From the NCBI GenBank assembly GCA_025451195.1, contig JANWKV010000006.1, positions 1-62,918 on the forward strand: a stretch of 62,918 nt of DNA, written 5' to 3'. The notes under the pieces were generated by a model, which ran no database searches, was not told the origin of the DNA, and saw nothing but the letters and a program-made list of their open reading frames with translations. Made by a program: the position numbers and the translations under genes. This document shows, in pieces, positions 19,088 to 29,935 of the stretch (its first letter is position 1; every line of letters starts with the position of its first letter). The stretch is from Candidatus Microgenomates bacterium. GTDB lineage: Bacteria > Patescibacteriota > Microgenomatia > Levybacterales > UBA12049.

Positions 19088-20355
19088 AAATAGCAATAAT
19101 TGGTGCCGGTTTTACCGGACTTGCCGCTGGTTTTACCCTTTCCAAAAAAGGACATAATGTTTTTTTATTTGAAAAAAGAGAAAATCCCGGCGGACTTGCT
19201 TTAGGTTTTAAAAAACCAAACTGGCAATGGAGTCTTGAAGAATATTACCATCACTGGTTTACAAACGACCACAACGTATTGTCTGTTGCGAAGGAAATAA
19301 AATACCCCGTTTTTATAAAACGGCCAAAAACATCTGTCTTTGTAGATAACGAAATTTTTCAACTTGATTCACCTTTTAAACTTCTTGAATTTCCAAAACT
19401 CAAACTTCTGGACAGATTAAGAATGGCAATGGTTTTGGGAATGCTTAAATCCGATCCTTTCTGGAAACCTTTTGAAAAAGTAAAAGCGGAAACGGTTTTA
19501 AAAAAAGCAATGGGAGAACGCGGCTATAAAAAAATCTGGGAACCTCAACTGTCCAATAAGTTTGGCGAATTTGCCAAAGATATATCTTTGGCCTGGTTTT
19601 GGGCAAGGGTTGTAAAAAGAACTTCAAGTCTTGCTTATCCAGAGGGCGGATTTTTGGAATTTGCAAAAAAATTTGCTGAAGAGATAGAAAAACTAAATGG
19701 CAAAATTATTTACGGTGCCAATGTAGCAGGCATTGAAAATGTTGAAGGAAAAATAAGTCTTGGAAAAGAATACGGATTATTTGACAAAGTTATTGTTACA
19801 CTTCCCGGATTTGCGTTTACAAAAATTTGCAAAAATTTGCCTGAGTCTTATATAAAAACCCTGACATCTCTGCAAGGCCTGGGAGCGCAAACTTTGGTGA
19901 TTAGGCTGTCAAATCAATTTTTAACAGATAATACCTATTGGCTTAGCATTTGCGAAAAAGCCAATGTAACTGCAATTGTTGAGCATACAAATTTTATGGA
20001 TAAAAAATATTATGACAATGAACATATTGTTTATTTAGGTAATTATTTGCCAAGAGGGCATAAGTATTTTTCCATGACTGAAAAAGATCTTCTTTTGGAA
20101 TTTGATCCGCTTTTAAAAAGACTTAATAAGGATTACAAAAAACATTTAATCGGCGCCGATCTTTTTACAACTCCTTTTGCACAACCTATTATTCCAATTA
20201 ATTATTCACGCATTATGCCCCCGATTAAAACTCCTATCAAAAACGTATACCTTGCAAATATACAACAGGTTTATCCCTGGGATAGGGGCACAAATTATGC
20301 AGTGGAATTGGGACAAAAAGTTGCAGATTATATATTCCTTAAAACAGATTTATAA
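19084..20355 (+). CDS. FAD-dependent oxidoreductase (amine-oxidase / protoporphyrinogen-oxidase-like fold)
   Basis: MKIAIIGAGFTGLAAGFTL..LFEKRENPGGLA dinucleotide-binding motif. ATGA overlap with the upstream gene. Confidence 0.8.
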   Translation: MKIAIIGAGFTGLAAGFTLSKKGHNVFLFEKRENPGGLALGFKKPNWQWSLEEYYHHWFTNDHNVLSVAKEIKYPVFIKRPKTSVFVDNEIFQLDSPFKLLEFPKLKLLDRLRMAMVLGMLKSDPFWKPFEKVKAETVLKKAMGERGYKKIWEPQLSNKFGEFAKDISLAWFWARVVKRTSSLAYPEGGFLEFAKKFAEEIEKLNGKIIYGANVAGIENVEGKISLGKEYGLFDKVIVTLPGFAFTKICKNLPESYIKTLTSLQGLGAQTLVIRLSNQFLTDNTYWLSICEKANVTAIVEHTNFMDKKYYDNEHIVYLGNYLPRGHKYFSMTEKDLLLEFDPLLKRLNKDYKKHLIGADLFTTPFAQPIIPINYSRIMPPIKTPIKNVYLANIQQVYPWDRGTNYAVELGQKVADYIFLKTDL

Positions 20356-20430
20356 ATAACATATAATACCCAATTACTTGCTTTTACAAATCATGGCACA
20401 AAATCAAGTATGAGTGGTATATTATTACTC
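20353..20430 (-). repeat. Conserved long-hairpin element, copy C (inverted orientation)
   Basis: TACTTGCTTTTA (20375-20386) and CAAAATCAAGTA (20399-20410) flank a 12-nt loop. The reverse complement aligns with copies A and B across both arms and flanks. It overlaps the stop codon at 20353-20355. Confidence 0.7.
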
Positions 20431-22068
20431 ATGAAAATGAATAAGAGAATAATTATTTCAGGCAGTACATTTCTTCTTATTACTTTTATCTGTATAGGTT
20501 TTATTTTGAGATTTTATAATATTGATTGGGGCGACCCTTTTTATTTTCATCCTGACGAGCGGAATGTTGCATCAAGCATAACTCAACTCATATTCCCAAC
20601 ACAATTTAATCCGCATTTTTTTGCATATGGATCGCTACCAATATATCTTGTTTTTTTCCTGGGTCTTATTACAAATTTTTTTAGGCAAACGACCGTTTCT
20701 TTCCAACAGGCTATTATTCTTATGCGCGTTTTTGCGGCTGTTCTATCGGTCCTTATTATTCCCTCAATTTTTTATATAACTAAAAAAACAACAGATAATA
20801 AAACAGCTGCTGTTTTTGCCGCAGGACTCTCTACTTTTAGCGTTGGATTTATTCAATTTGCCCATTTTGGAACTTTTGAAATGTGGCTAACTTTTTTAGG
20901 ACTATGGCTTTTTTATTTTTGTTACAAAATTACAAGATATGGTAATTTTACAGACACAATTGTCGCAGGAATCTTAAGCGGACTTTTAGTTGGTACAAAA
21001 ATATCGGGACTTGTTCTTGTACCAATACCGTTTATTTGTATTTTATATTTTGCATTTTTGAAAAAGAAATATTTTTCAATCGGGTTTCTTGAAAGCGCAA
21101 TGCATATTTTTACATATTGTTTTTTTCTTGGAGCAGTATATTTACTTACCAATCCGTATGTTTTGTTGGATACAAAATCATTTTTAGATAGCATGCATTA
21201 CGAAACAACAGTGGCAACAGGTGCTCTTCCTGTTTTTTATACTGGGGAATTTTTTAACGCGAAACCTGTACTTTTCCAACTCCTTCATGTCTATCCATTT
21301 TTGCTTAATCCTTTTGTTACCATAATATTTATTTTAAGTTTTTTTTATACAATTTTTATGGCAATAAAAACAAGAAAGCAGCATCTTGTTTTACTTCTTG
21401 TTTTCTTTGTTTTACTTTTTTTCTCCCAGGCAATTCTTTTTGTAAAATGGACAAGATATATGCTGCCTACTTTACCTTTTGCTTACCTTATTATTTCAAT
21501 CCCTCTTCTTGACGTAGTTAAAGGTAAATATATGTCTAAATTTACCGCTCTCTCTTTAACTGCTTGTTTTATCATTATTGGTTTAATTTACGGATTTCTA
21601 TATACATATATTGCATATGGTAGAGAAGATACCAGACTTTCCGCTTTGGATTTTGCAAAAACATCCGTACCTTTTCAGGCAAATATTTTAAGTGAAGTTT
21701 ATGATTTGGGAATTGTCCCATTTAACAGCAGTTATCCTCATATTTCGCTTTTTAATTTTTATGATTTGGATAACAACGGCGCTCTTTCGGACAATGATTT
21801 AAAAACGGCGTTGTCACAATCCGACTATATTATTTTACCAAGTCAAAGAATATTAAAACCAAGACTTTTAAACCCGGCAAAATTTCCAAGCGGGAGTATG
21901 TTTTATCAAAGTCTTTTTAACGGATCTTTAGGTTACCGGCAAATTTATCAAACGCCTTGCGATATTCTTTGTAGAATTGTTTATCTTAATGATCCTGTAT
22001 TTTCTTTGGAGGAAACCGCAACTGTTTTTGACCGGCCAACACTATACATATTTAAAAAAATACAATGA
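20431..22068 (+). CDS. GT-C fold membrane glycosyltransferase (ArnT/PMT_2, family 39-like)
   Basis: Polytopic. NIDWGDPFYFHPDERNVA loop motif after TM1. The start is moved to ATG 20431, outside the repeat element. Confidence 0.72.
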   Translation: MKMNKRIIISGSTFLLITFICIGFILRFYNIDWGDPFYFHPDERNVASSITQLIFPTQFNPHFFAYGSLPIYLVFFLGLITNFFRQTTVSFQQAIILMRVFAAVLSVLIIPSIFYITKKTTDNKTAAVFAAGLSTFSVGFIQFAHFGTFEMWLTFLGLWLFYFCYKITRYGNFTDTIVAGILSGLLVGTKISGLVLVPIPFICILYFAFLKKKYFSIGFLESAMHIFTYCFFLGAVYLLTNPYVLLDTKSFLDSMHYETTVATGALPVFYTGEFFNAKPVLFQLLHVYPFLLNPFVTIIFILSFFYTIFMAIKTRKQHLVLLLVFFVLLFFSQAILFVKWTRYMLPTLPFAYLIISIPLLDVVKGKYMSKFTALSLTACFIIIGLIYGFLYTYIAYGREDTRLSALDFAKTSVPFQANILSEVYDLGIVPFNSSYPHISLFNFYDLDNNGALSDNDLKTALSQSDYIILPSQRILKPRLLNPAKFPSGSMFYQSLFNGSLGYRQIYQTPCDILCRIVYLNDPVFSLEETATVFDRPTLYIFKKIQ

Positions 22069-23783
22069 TATTTAAAAGATATAAACTTTTACTTCTTTTG
22101 ATTATTATCCTGGGATTTATTGCGCGGGTGTTTGGATTTAATTGGGACAGCTTTTCACACCTGCATCCGGATGAAAGGGCGATTACTCTTTTTGCGCTTC
22201 CTTTGCATTTTCCAAATAGTATTTCCGAATTCCTTTCTCCTGCAAGCCCTTTAAATACCCATTTTTTTGCATATGGAAATTTTCCGGTATATTTTCTTAA
22301 AATAATCAGCATTATATGCGGGAATTTTAACCCTTTCCTAGCAACATATGACGGAATGAATCTTTTAGGAAGAATAACTTCCGCGCTTTTTGATACAGGG
22401 ACAATTATTGTTGTCTTTTTTACCGGGAGAAAATTATTCAATGAATATGTCGGAATTTTGGCTGCTTTTTTCTACTGTGTAAGCGTCATGGCTATTCAAA
22501 CAAGCCATTTTTACGCGGTTGACACGCTTCTTACATTTTTTGTAAGTCTTACACTTTTCCTGCTACTCTTGTTTTATACACACCCAACCAAAAAAAAGGC
22601 AATATTTATTGGCATATCTTTTGGGATGAGTGTTGCGACAAAAAATAGCGCGCTTGCTCTTTTGGCACCAATTTTTACAACGATTGGTATTGATTTTTTT
22701 CTTATTTTTCTTAAAAGCCCCCATAGAATTTCTATATGGGGACCGCATGTCCCAAAAGTTGTTAAAACTCTTTTAACAGATGGAATTATTATTGGAGTTT
22801 TTGCAGTTTGTGTTTTTCTTTTTTGGGAACCTTATTTTTTAATAGACAATGCAAATTTTTGGTCACAAACGCAACAACAGGCCCAGATGACACACGATGC
22901 ATTTACCTTTCCCTATACGTTGCAATATGTTGGAATAATTCCCTACTGGTATGAGTTAAAAAATATTTTTCTATGGGGGCAGGGGCCAATGATTGCCATT
23001 ATTTCTTTCATGGGGATAATATATGGCACGTGGATTTCTATTTTTAAGAAAAAATTTGATAAATGGGCAACAGAATTGATTATTTTAATTTTTTTCTGGT
23101 CATATTTTTTTGTTGTCGGACATTTTGCGATTGGATTTATGCGCTATATGTTGCCTGTTTATCCAATTTTGTGTTTGTTTGGAGGACTTTTATTTTGGGA
23201 ATCAATGATAACTTTATACGTTCACATTAAAAATAAATTTTTTGTTTTTACACTTTTTGTTGCGGTTTTTATAATGTTTCTCATCTGGCCAATTGCATTT
23301 TTGCAAATTTACACAAAACCAAATACCAGAATTTCTGCTTCTAAATGGATTAATACCGTTATTCCCGCGGGTGCAACACTAAGCATTGAGCATTGGGACG
23401 ACAGTCTTCCTCTATACGGCCAGGATAAATATAACATGCAAACTTTAACTTTGTATGATCCGGACACGCCGGAAAAATGGCAAACAATTAATCAGCAGTT
23501 GGCAAAAACAGACTATATAATAATCGCGTCCAACCGTCTTTATGTTCCGCTTCAAAAATTAACCGATTGTAAAAAATTGCCTCCTGACAGATGTTATACT
23601 CAAACTGCAAATTACTACAAAAAGCTTTTTGCAGGAGAGTTAAACTTTAATCTGGTTGCGGAATTTGCAGTTTATCCGACAATTCCTTTTTTTAATATTC
23701 CAATTGACGACCAGTCTGCGGACGAATCATTTACAGTTTACGACCATCCTAAAATAATGATTTTTCAGAAAAATACCTACTAG
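22065..23783 (+). CDS. GT-C fold membrane glycosyltransferase (ArnT/PMT_2-like), paralog
   Basis: ATGA overlap with the upstream gene. NWDSFSHLHPDERAIT loop motif parallels the upstream gene. 572 aa, polytopic. Confidence 0.72.
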   Translation: MIFKRYKLLLLLIIILGFIARVFGFNWDSFSHLHPDERAITLFALPLHFPNSISEFLSPASPLNTHFFAYGNFPVYFLKIISIICGNFNPFLATYDGMNLLGRITSALFDTGTIIVVFFTGRKLFNEYVGILAAFFYCVSVMAIQTSHFYAVDTLLTFFVSLTLFLLLLFYTHPTKKKAIFIGISFGMSVATKNSALALLAPIFTTIGIDFFLIFLKSPHRISIWGPHVPKVVKTLLTDGIIIGVFAVCVFLFWEPYFLIDNANFWSQTQQQAQMTHDAFTFPYTLQYVGIIPYWYELKNIFLWGQGPMIAIISFMGIIYGTWISIFKKKFDKWATELIILIFFWSYFFVVGHFAIGFMRYMLPVYPILCLFGGLLFWESMITLYVHIKNKFFVFTLFVAVFIMFLIWPIAFLQIYTKPNTRISASKWINTVIPAGATLSIEHWDDSLPLYGQDKYNMQTLTLYDPDTPEKWQTINQQLAKTDYIIIASNRLYVPLQKLTDCKKLPPDRCYTQTANYYKKLFAGELNFNLVAEFAVYPTIPFFNIPIDDQSADESFTVYDHPKIMIFQKNTY

Positions 23784-23794
23784 GTTTTGCATAA

Positions 23795-24508
23795 TTATTT
23801 TGAAACGTATTTTATTAACTCCCAAATAGTAGAAAGACCATACTCAACGGATCTTTTAAAATTAATGCTTGATGCATCGGGAAAATATTTTGTCGGAATT
23901 GCAATTTCTCCAATTCTTAGCTTATGAGATCTTGCCGAGATTAAAAATTGCTGGTCGAAAACAAAATCATCTGAAAATGTTTTAAACGGAATTTTTTCCA
24001 AAGCCCTTTTTGTATATGCTCTATAACCGGAATGATACTCGGACAAATTAAGTCCCAATGTAATATTTTCTATAAGGGTTAGCATTCTGTTAAATAAATA
24101 TTTGTAAATTGGCATCCCGCCACTTAGCGCTCCTTCTCTTGTTTGCATGCGGCTGCCAAGCATTACATCAAAATAACCTTGTTTGATGGGTTCTATTAAA
24201 AGAGGCAGAAGCTTTGGGTCATATTGGTAATCGGGATGAAGCATAACTACAATATCTGCTTTTTCCTTTAAGGCTTCTGTATAGCATGTTTTCTGATTGC
24301 CTCCATAACCCTTGTTTTTTGGGTGGACAATTGTTTTAAGCCCTAATTTTTTAGAAACATTTACTGTTTTGTCACGGCTGCAATCGTCAACAACAATAAC
24401 GCTGTCAAAACTGCCTTTTGGAATTTCCTTATACGTTTTTTCAATTGTTTTCTCCGCATTGTAAGCAGGCATTACAACAACGACTTTTTGTTTTTTCATC
24501 AGTTGCAT
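23795..24508 (-). CDS. GT2 family glycosyltransferase (polyprenyl-phosphate sugar synthase-like, DPM1/ArnC type)
   Basis: VVVMPAYNAEKTIEKTYKEIP..VIVVDDCSRDKT..; a short soluble GT-A domain. Confidence 0.88.
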   Translation of the reverse strand: MQLMKKQKVVVVMPAYNAEKTIEKTYKEIPKGSFDSVIVVDDCSRDKTVNVSKKLGLKTIVHPKNKGYGGNQKTCYTEALKEKADIVVMLHPDYQYDPKLLPLLIEPIKQGYFDVMLGSRMQTREGALSGGMPIYKYLFNRMLTLIENITLGLNLSEYHSGYRAYTKRALEKIPFKTFSDDFVFDQQFLISARSHKLRIGEIAIPTKYFPDASSINFKRSVEYGLSTIWELIKYVSK

Positions 24509-24541
24509 GGTATCTCAAACTTATGCAATTATCAATAATGT

Positions 24542-26128
24542 ATGGAGTTTTTTATGATTTTAGGCTTACTAAGAAAATATTTTAATATTATTCTAATATT
24601 TTTGGTAATTACTTTAGGATTTTCACTTAGAATATATAATTTAGGTAATAATCCAGCGGGATTTTTCTGTGATGAGGCTTCTATTGGTTATAACGCCTAT
24701 ACAATTATAACTTCAGGGGCAGACGAATATGGAACGCCGTTTCCTATTTTTTTTCGCGCATTTGGAGAATATAAAAGCCCAATAGAAATTTATAGTACCG
24801 CACCTTTTGTTGGTATCTTTGGATTGAGTGAATTTTCAACTCGGTTACCATCTACCATATATGGGATTCTCTCAATTATAGCTATTTATTTTCTTGCAAA
24901 AGAAATGTTTATAAGGCACAGAGAAGATAATTTTATTGCAATCTTTTCAATGTTTTTTCTTGCAATCTCGCCTTGGTCTATTCAATTTAGCAGAGTTTCC
25001 CTAGAAGGCTTAATGGCATTTGTATTCTTTACAACGTTTGGTTTATTTCTTTTCTTAAAAGCACAAAGCAAACCAAATCTCTTCATTTTATCCGTTATTT
25101 CTTTTACATTGGCTCTATATAGTTACTTTCCTGCAAGAATTTTTATTCCCCTCTTTTGTCTTGGACTTATCGGATTACATTTTAAATTCTTTCTGCAGTA
25201 TAAAAAACAAGTGCTTTACAGCGCAATACTGCTTTTACTGTTATTAATACCTTTTTTAATGAATAATCTTTCTCTTGACGGCTTAGCAAGATGGCAGCAG
25301 GTCAGTGTTTTCTACCATCCTCCTAAAAATGAGTCTATAGTTCAGCACATTACTTCTGATTATTTTCAACATTTTTCCGCTGATTTTCTTTTCTTAAAAG
25401 GCGACATAGATATGTCTGGCCAATTTATTACCAGACATTCTGTGAGAGGAATTGGAGAATTATATTTATTTCAACTCCCTTTAATCCTTGCGGGAATTTT
25501 TCATTTGTTTAAAAAAAGAAAGAAGCTTTTCTATATTTTTTTACTCTGGATCATTTTATACCCTACAGGGAGCATGTTCACCCTTGACAATACTCCTCAG
25601 GCAACGAGATCAATTATAGGAGTTGCACCTTTTCAAATATTAACCGCTGTTGGCCTTGAATACCTACTCGAATTATTTATAAAACTTGATCTTGTTGCAA
25701 AAACTAAATATATATTGCATCTCACATTTACTTTTATAATTGGTCTTTTAATAGTCCTTTCGTTTACAAGTTATCTTATTTTATATTTCTCTTCTTATCC
25801 AAATTATTCGTCTGATTTTTGGGGATGGCAATATGGGGCAAGAGACATAGTCCAGTATTTTGCAACAAATGAGCAGAAATATGATGAAGAAATTATGGCA
25901 CCGGAATTTAATGCTCCGGAAATCTTCTTTAAATTTTATGCACCAAATGATTGTGTAAAATGCAAAGTCGGCCTACCGGATAAGCTATATGATCCTAATA
26001 AAAAGCAGCTTTTTGCACTTACGCCTGATTATTTAAAAAATAATCCGGAGTGGAATTTTGAACCTCTTGAAAAAATTTATTATCCTAATGGCACCATTGC
26101 CTTTCTTATTGGTGAAATAGTACAATAA
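24542..26128 (+). CDS. GT-C fold membrane glycosyltransferase (ArnT/PMT_2-like), third paralog
   Basis: NNPAGFFCDEASIGYNAYTI first-loop DE motif. 528 aa, polytopic. Confidence 0.72.
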   Translation: MEFFMILGLLRKYFNIILIFLVITLGFSLRIYNLGNNPAGFFCDEASIGYNAYTIITSGADEYGTPFPIFFRAFGEYKSPIEIYSTAPFVGIFGLSEFSTRLPSTIYGILSIIAIYFLAKEMFIRHREDNFIAIFSMFFLAISPWSIQFSRVSLEGLMAFVFFTTFGLFLFLKAQSKPNLFILSVISFTLALYSYFPARIFIPLFCLGLIGLHFKFFLQYKKQVLYSAILLLLLLIPFLMNNLSLDGLARWQQVSVFYHPPKNESIVQHITSDYFQHFSADFLFLKGDIDMSGQFITRHSVRGIGELYLFQLPLILAGIFHLFKKRKKLFYIFLLWIILYPTGSMFTLDNTPQATRSIIGVAPFQILTAVGLEYLLELFIKLDLVAKTKYILHLTFTFIIGLLIVLSFTSYLILYFSSYPNYSSDFWGWQYGARDIVQYFATNEQKYDEEIMAPEFNAPEIFFKFYAPNDCVKCKVGLPDKLYDPNKKQLFALTPDYLKNNPEWNFEPLEKIYYPNGTIAFLIGEIVQ

Positions 26129-26133
26129 CATCT

Positions 26134-27177
26134 ATGGGAAAGTCTGTTCTAATAACCGGTGGCGCAGGATTTTTGGGCTGCCACCTTTCAAGACTTTTCC
26201 TTAAAAAGGGCTTAAAAGTAATTCAATATGACCTTGCTCCTCTTGATGCCAAAGATCTTATAGGAAAAGTTGAGTATGTTAACGGCGATATTTTGGATAA
26301 AGAAAAACTAACCAAAGCTTTAAAAAATGTTGATTTTGTTGTCCATGCCGCCGCCGCCCTCCCAATCCAGCTTAAAAAAGAAACAATTTATAGCGTGAAT
26401 ATAGATGGTACAAAAAATGTTTTAGAATGCGCCTTTTCCCAAAAAATTAAACGGCTGGTATTTATTTCTTCAACCGCTGTTTATGGAATTCCGCGAACAT
26501 TACCGGAGCCCGAAACAGCGCCAATTGACCCGATTGGTTTTTACGGGGAGTCAAAAGTAGCAGGCGAAAAATTATGTCTTGAGTTTGAAAAAAAAGGACT
26601 CCAGATAAATATTATCAGGCCAAAAACATTTTTGGGGCCTGAAAGGCTTGGTGTTTTTCAACTTTGGTTTGAAGCAATATACACCGGCAAACCTGTTTTT
26701 ATATTAGGAAGTGGTAATAATAAATACCAACTTCTTTCGGTTTCGGATGTATCCGGTGCTATTTTTAAAGCATTGGAAGAAAAAGTACATGGCGAGATTT
26801 TTAATATTGGGGCGGAAAAATTTGGCACATGGAGAGAAGATTTAGGGTCTGTAATTTCTTTTGCTAAATCCAAATCAAGGATTTTTTCTTTTCCCGTACT
26901 TCCCTCCCAGATTATTTTGGCGACTTTGGAAAAACTGGGCCTTTCACCAATTGCCGCCTGGCATTACAAAACTTTGCCTGTTGACTCGTATGTTTCTATA
27001 GAAAAAGCAAAAAAACTTTTAAAATGGTCGCCTGTTAAATCAAACAGTGAGCTTCTAATAGAAAGTTACGATTGGTATGCAAAACACAGAAGTGAAATTA
27101 TCGGTAAAAAAGGAATAACACATAGGGTGGGATGGAATTTTGGAATATTAGACTGGGCAGGAAAAATATTTAAATGA
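26134..27177 (+). CDS. NAD-dependent epimerase/dehydratase (extended SDR)
   Basis: VLITGGAGFLGCHL Rossmann motif and YGESKVAGE catalytic YxxxK. Confidence 0.9.
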   Translation: MGKSVLITGGAGFLGCHLSRLFLKKGLKVIQYDLAPLDAKDLIGKVEYVNGDILDKEKLTKALKNVDFVVHAAAALPIQLKKETIYSVNIDGTKNVLECAFSQKIKRLVFISSTAVYGIPRTLPEPETAPIDPIGFYGESKVAGEKLCLEFEKKGLQINIIRPKTFLGPERLGVFQLWFEAIYTGKPVFILGSGNNKYQLLSVSDVSGAIFKALEEKVHGEIFNIGAEKFGTWREDLGSVISFAKSKSRIFSFPVLPSQIILATLEKLGLSPIAAWHYKTLPVDSYVSIEKAKKLLKWSPVKSNSELLIESYDWYAKHRSEIIGKKGITHRVGWNFGILDWAGKIFK

Positions 27178-27719
27178 ATATTGGTTTTGATTTTGACAAA
27201 GTAATTATTGATTACCCGCCTCTTGTACCAAATTGGATAATCGACAAGTTTTATAAAGAACGGGACAATGATGAATTGATATACAGAATTCCTGGAAAAC
27301 CTGAGCAATTACTCAGAACCCTAACCCATCTTCCGCCATTTAGGCACCCAATCAAAGAAAATCTAAATGCAGTTAAAGATTTGGCAGATAAAAACGAACA
27401 TGATTTATACATAATTTCCAGCAGATTTGGTTTTTTAAAAAATCTTACAGAAACACTTACAAAAAAACTGCAACTGGAAAAAATATTCAAAAGGATGTAT
27501 TTTAACTACAATAACGAACAGCCGCATTATTTTAAAAACAGGATTGTAAAAGAATTAAATATCCAAAGGTATATAGATGATGATTTATCGCTTCTAAAAT
27601 TTTTGTCAAAAGAAAATCCCAAAACAATTTTCTTTTGGTTAAATAATTCTGTTAATAAAAAACTCTCTGATAATTTACACGCGTTAACAGATATTAAAGA
27701 CGTAGAAAAAGAGATATGA
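27174..27719 (+). CDS. HAD-like hypothetical protein
   Basis: ATGA overlap with the upstream gene. N-terminal IGFDFDKVII resembles the HAD DxD motif. The family call is weak. Confidence 0.4.
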   Translation: MNIGFDFDKVIIDYPPLVPNWIIDKFYKERDNDELIYRIPGKPEQLLRTLTHLPPFRHPIKENLNAVKDLADKNEHDLYIISSRFGFLKNLTETLTKKLQLEKIFKRMYFNYNNEQPHYFKNRIVKELNIQRYIDDDLSLLKFLSKENPKTIFFWLNNSVNKKLSDNLHALTDIKDVEKEI

Positions 27720-29929
27720 CAATTACTGATTTTTCCGCTGTTTTTTACTGGTGGCTTGTTTTTTTCGTTTTGGGAATTATTTTTTTGCCGTTTTGCTCAA
27801 TGCTTTTTAATAAATTTTTTGACAAGGGTTATATTTTCTCAAAAGTAATAGGCATTATCGCAGTTTCTTATCTTATACTGGTTTTGGGTGAAGTTCATAT
27901 TTTGCCTTTTACGTATCTTTCGCTTATTGCCGTAATCGGGCTTTTCGGGATTTTAAATTTTTCCCTTTTGTACTATAAAAAACAAAGTTTATTTGATATA
28001 AAAAGCCTAAGAATCTTCGCAGGAGAAGAATTAATTTTTCTTGCGGGACTTTTATTCTGGTCAACAGTAAGAGCACACCAACCAGATATTCAGGGGCTTG
28101 AAAAATACATGGATTTTGGATTTGTTAATTCAATCCTTAGAAGTACATATTTTCCCCCCGCTGATATGTGGTATCCGCCGTTTCCAATTAATTATTATTA
28201 CTTTGGCCATTTGACAACAGCGGTTGTTACTATTTTGTCTAACATTCCATCCCATGTTTCATATAATCTTATGATTTCAACTCTTTTTGCGTTTTGTTTT
28301 TCATGCGGATTTTCAGTTAGCGCAAACTTTATGCATATTTTTTTACAAAAAGACTCTGATAAAAAAGACAAAAATCAAACACGAAAAAATAACGCATTAA
28401 CAACCTTTTTATCTTTTAAAACAAAATTTATTATTTTTATATCGGGAATTTTGGGAGCATTTCTTCTTTCACTGGGTGGAAATTTACATACGGTTTACGC
28501 ATTTTTTAAGCCATACGATGTTGAAAATGTTGTCCCGTTTTGGAAGTTAACTTTTTTGCCACAAAATTTTCCAAACGCGTACTGGTATCCAAACGCAACA
28601 AGGTTTATTTATCACACAATACATGAATTCCCAATATATTCTTTTGTAGTTTCCGATTTGCATGGACATGTACTCGATATTCCCTTCGTATTTTTAACAA
28701 TCTCTTCGCTTTTTATACTTTTTCTAAAAAGGGGAAAACCAATCCATCCCATATGGACAATTGGCATCGGCTTCTTACTTGCAATAATGTATATGACTAA
28801 TGCATGGGATGGTGCAATTTACATGCTTTTGGCGGGACTTGTTTATTTTACAAATGTTTTGCCCGATGCAAAAAATTTATCTTTTTTTGACAGGCTTTTT
28901 AATACAAAGCATATTCTTAAAACTATCTATTACCTTTTAATAACATTTGTAAGTTTTTTTGTTTTTTCCCTTCCTTTCTCTGTGTTTTTCAAACCGTTTG
29001 CATCTCAAATTGGAGTGATGTGTGCACCTGCCTTTTTAACAAACATTGGCCATTTGGGACCATTATTATTTGAGGTAAACCATTGCGAGCATTCTCCATT
29101 ATACCAACTTTTAATACTTCACGGGTTTTGGTTTTTCTGGTTTTTCGGGTTTGTTATTTTTCTTTTTATAAAGCGCAAAGAACAGGAATTAAAACAAGCG
29201 GATTTTTTTGTAATTCTGCTTGGAATTTTATCTACAATTCTTATAATTATTCCTGAGTTTGTTTATCTTAAAGATATATATCCTACATATTACCGTGCGA
29301 ATACAATGTTTAAGCTGGTTTACCAATCGTTTATGATGTTTGCGGTATCTTGCGGTTACATTGTTGTACGATTTGCAATTTTAAAAAAGAAAAGCATTTT
29401 ACTTTGGATATACAGCCTGATTGGAATTTTTCTTTTCTTTTTTGTTGGAATTTATCCGTTTTTTGCAATCGGATCTTATTACAACAACCTTAACACCTAT
29501 TATGGACTTGAAGGATTAAACTATATTAAAAACACTTATCCAAACGACTACCTGGCGATTTCCTGGATTAACTCCCATATTAAAGGCCAACCTGTTATTT
29601 TGGAAGCTCAAGGCGATTCCTACACCGACTATGCAAGAGTCAGCGCAAATACGGGCTTACCTACGGTTTTGGGATGGACTGTGCACGAATGGTTATGGAG
29701 AGGAAGCTATGATCCATTGCCCGAAAGGATTAATGACATTCAAAGACTCTATGAAACACAAGACCTTGGAGTTGCCAAAGGCCTAATCAAAAAATACAAT
29801 ATCTCCTTGATTTTTATTGGGGATCTGGAAAAGAAAAAATATACAAATCTTAATGAAGGAAAGTTTAAGAAACTGGGAAAAATTATTTATCAAAACAAGA
29901 CCACAACTATTTACCAGGTAGCATTCTAA
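27716..29929 (+). CDS. DUF2298 (Chlor_Arch_YYY) large polytopic membrane protein, GT-C-like
   Basis: 737 aa. The PINYYYFGHL motif gives the YYY family its name. ATGA overlap with the upstream gene. Confidence 0.78.
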   Translation: MTITDFSAVFYWWLVFFVLGIIFLPFCSMLFNKFFDKGYIFSKVIGIIAVSYLILVLGEVHILPFTYLSLIAVIGLFGILNFSLLYYKKQSLFDIKSLRIFAGEELIFLAGLLFWSTVRAHQPDIQGLEKYMDFGFVNSILRSTYFPPADMWYPPFPINYYYFGHLTTAVVTILSNIPSHVSYNLMISTLFAFCFSCGFSVSANFMHIFLQKDSDKKDKNQTRKNNALTTFLSFKTKFIIFISGILGAFLLSLGGNLHTVYAFFKPYDVENVVPFWKLTFLPQNFPNAYWYPNATRFIYHTIHEFPIYSFVVSDLHGHVLDIPFVFLTISSLFILFLKRGKPIHPIWTIGIGFLLAIMYMTNAWDGAIYMLLAGLVYFTNVLPDAKNLSFFDRLFNTKHILKTIYYLLITFVSFFVFSLPFSVFFKPFASQIGVMCAPAFLTNIGHLGPLLFEVNHCEHSPLYQLLILHGFWFFWFFGFVIFLFIKRKEQELKQADFFVILLGILSTILIIIPEFVYLKDIYPTYYRANTMFKLVYQSFMMFAVSCGYIVVRFAILKKKSILLWIYSLIGIFLFFFVGIYPFFAIGSYYNNLNTYYGLEGLNYIKNTYPNDYLAISWINSHIKGQPVILEAQGDSYTDYARVSANTGLPTVLGWTVHEWLWRGSYDPLPERINDIQRLYETQDLGVAKGLIKKYNISLIFIGDLEKKKYTNLNEGKFKKLGKIIYQNKTTTIYQVAF

Positions 29930-29935
29930 ATATAG

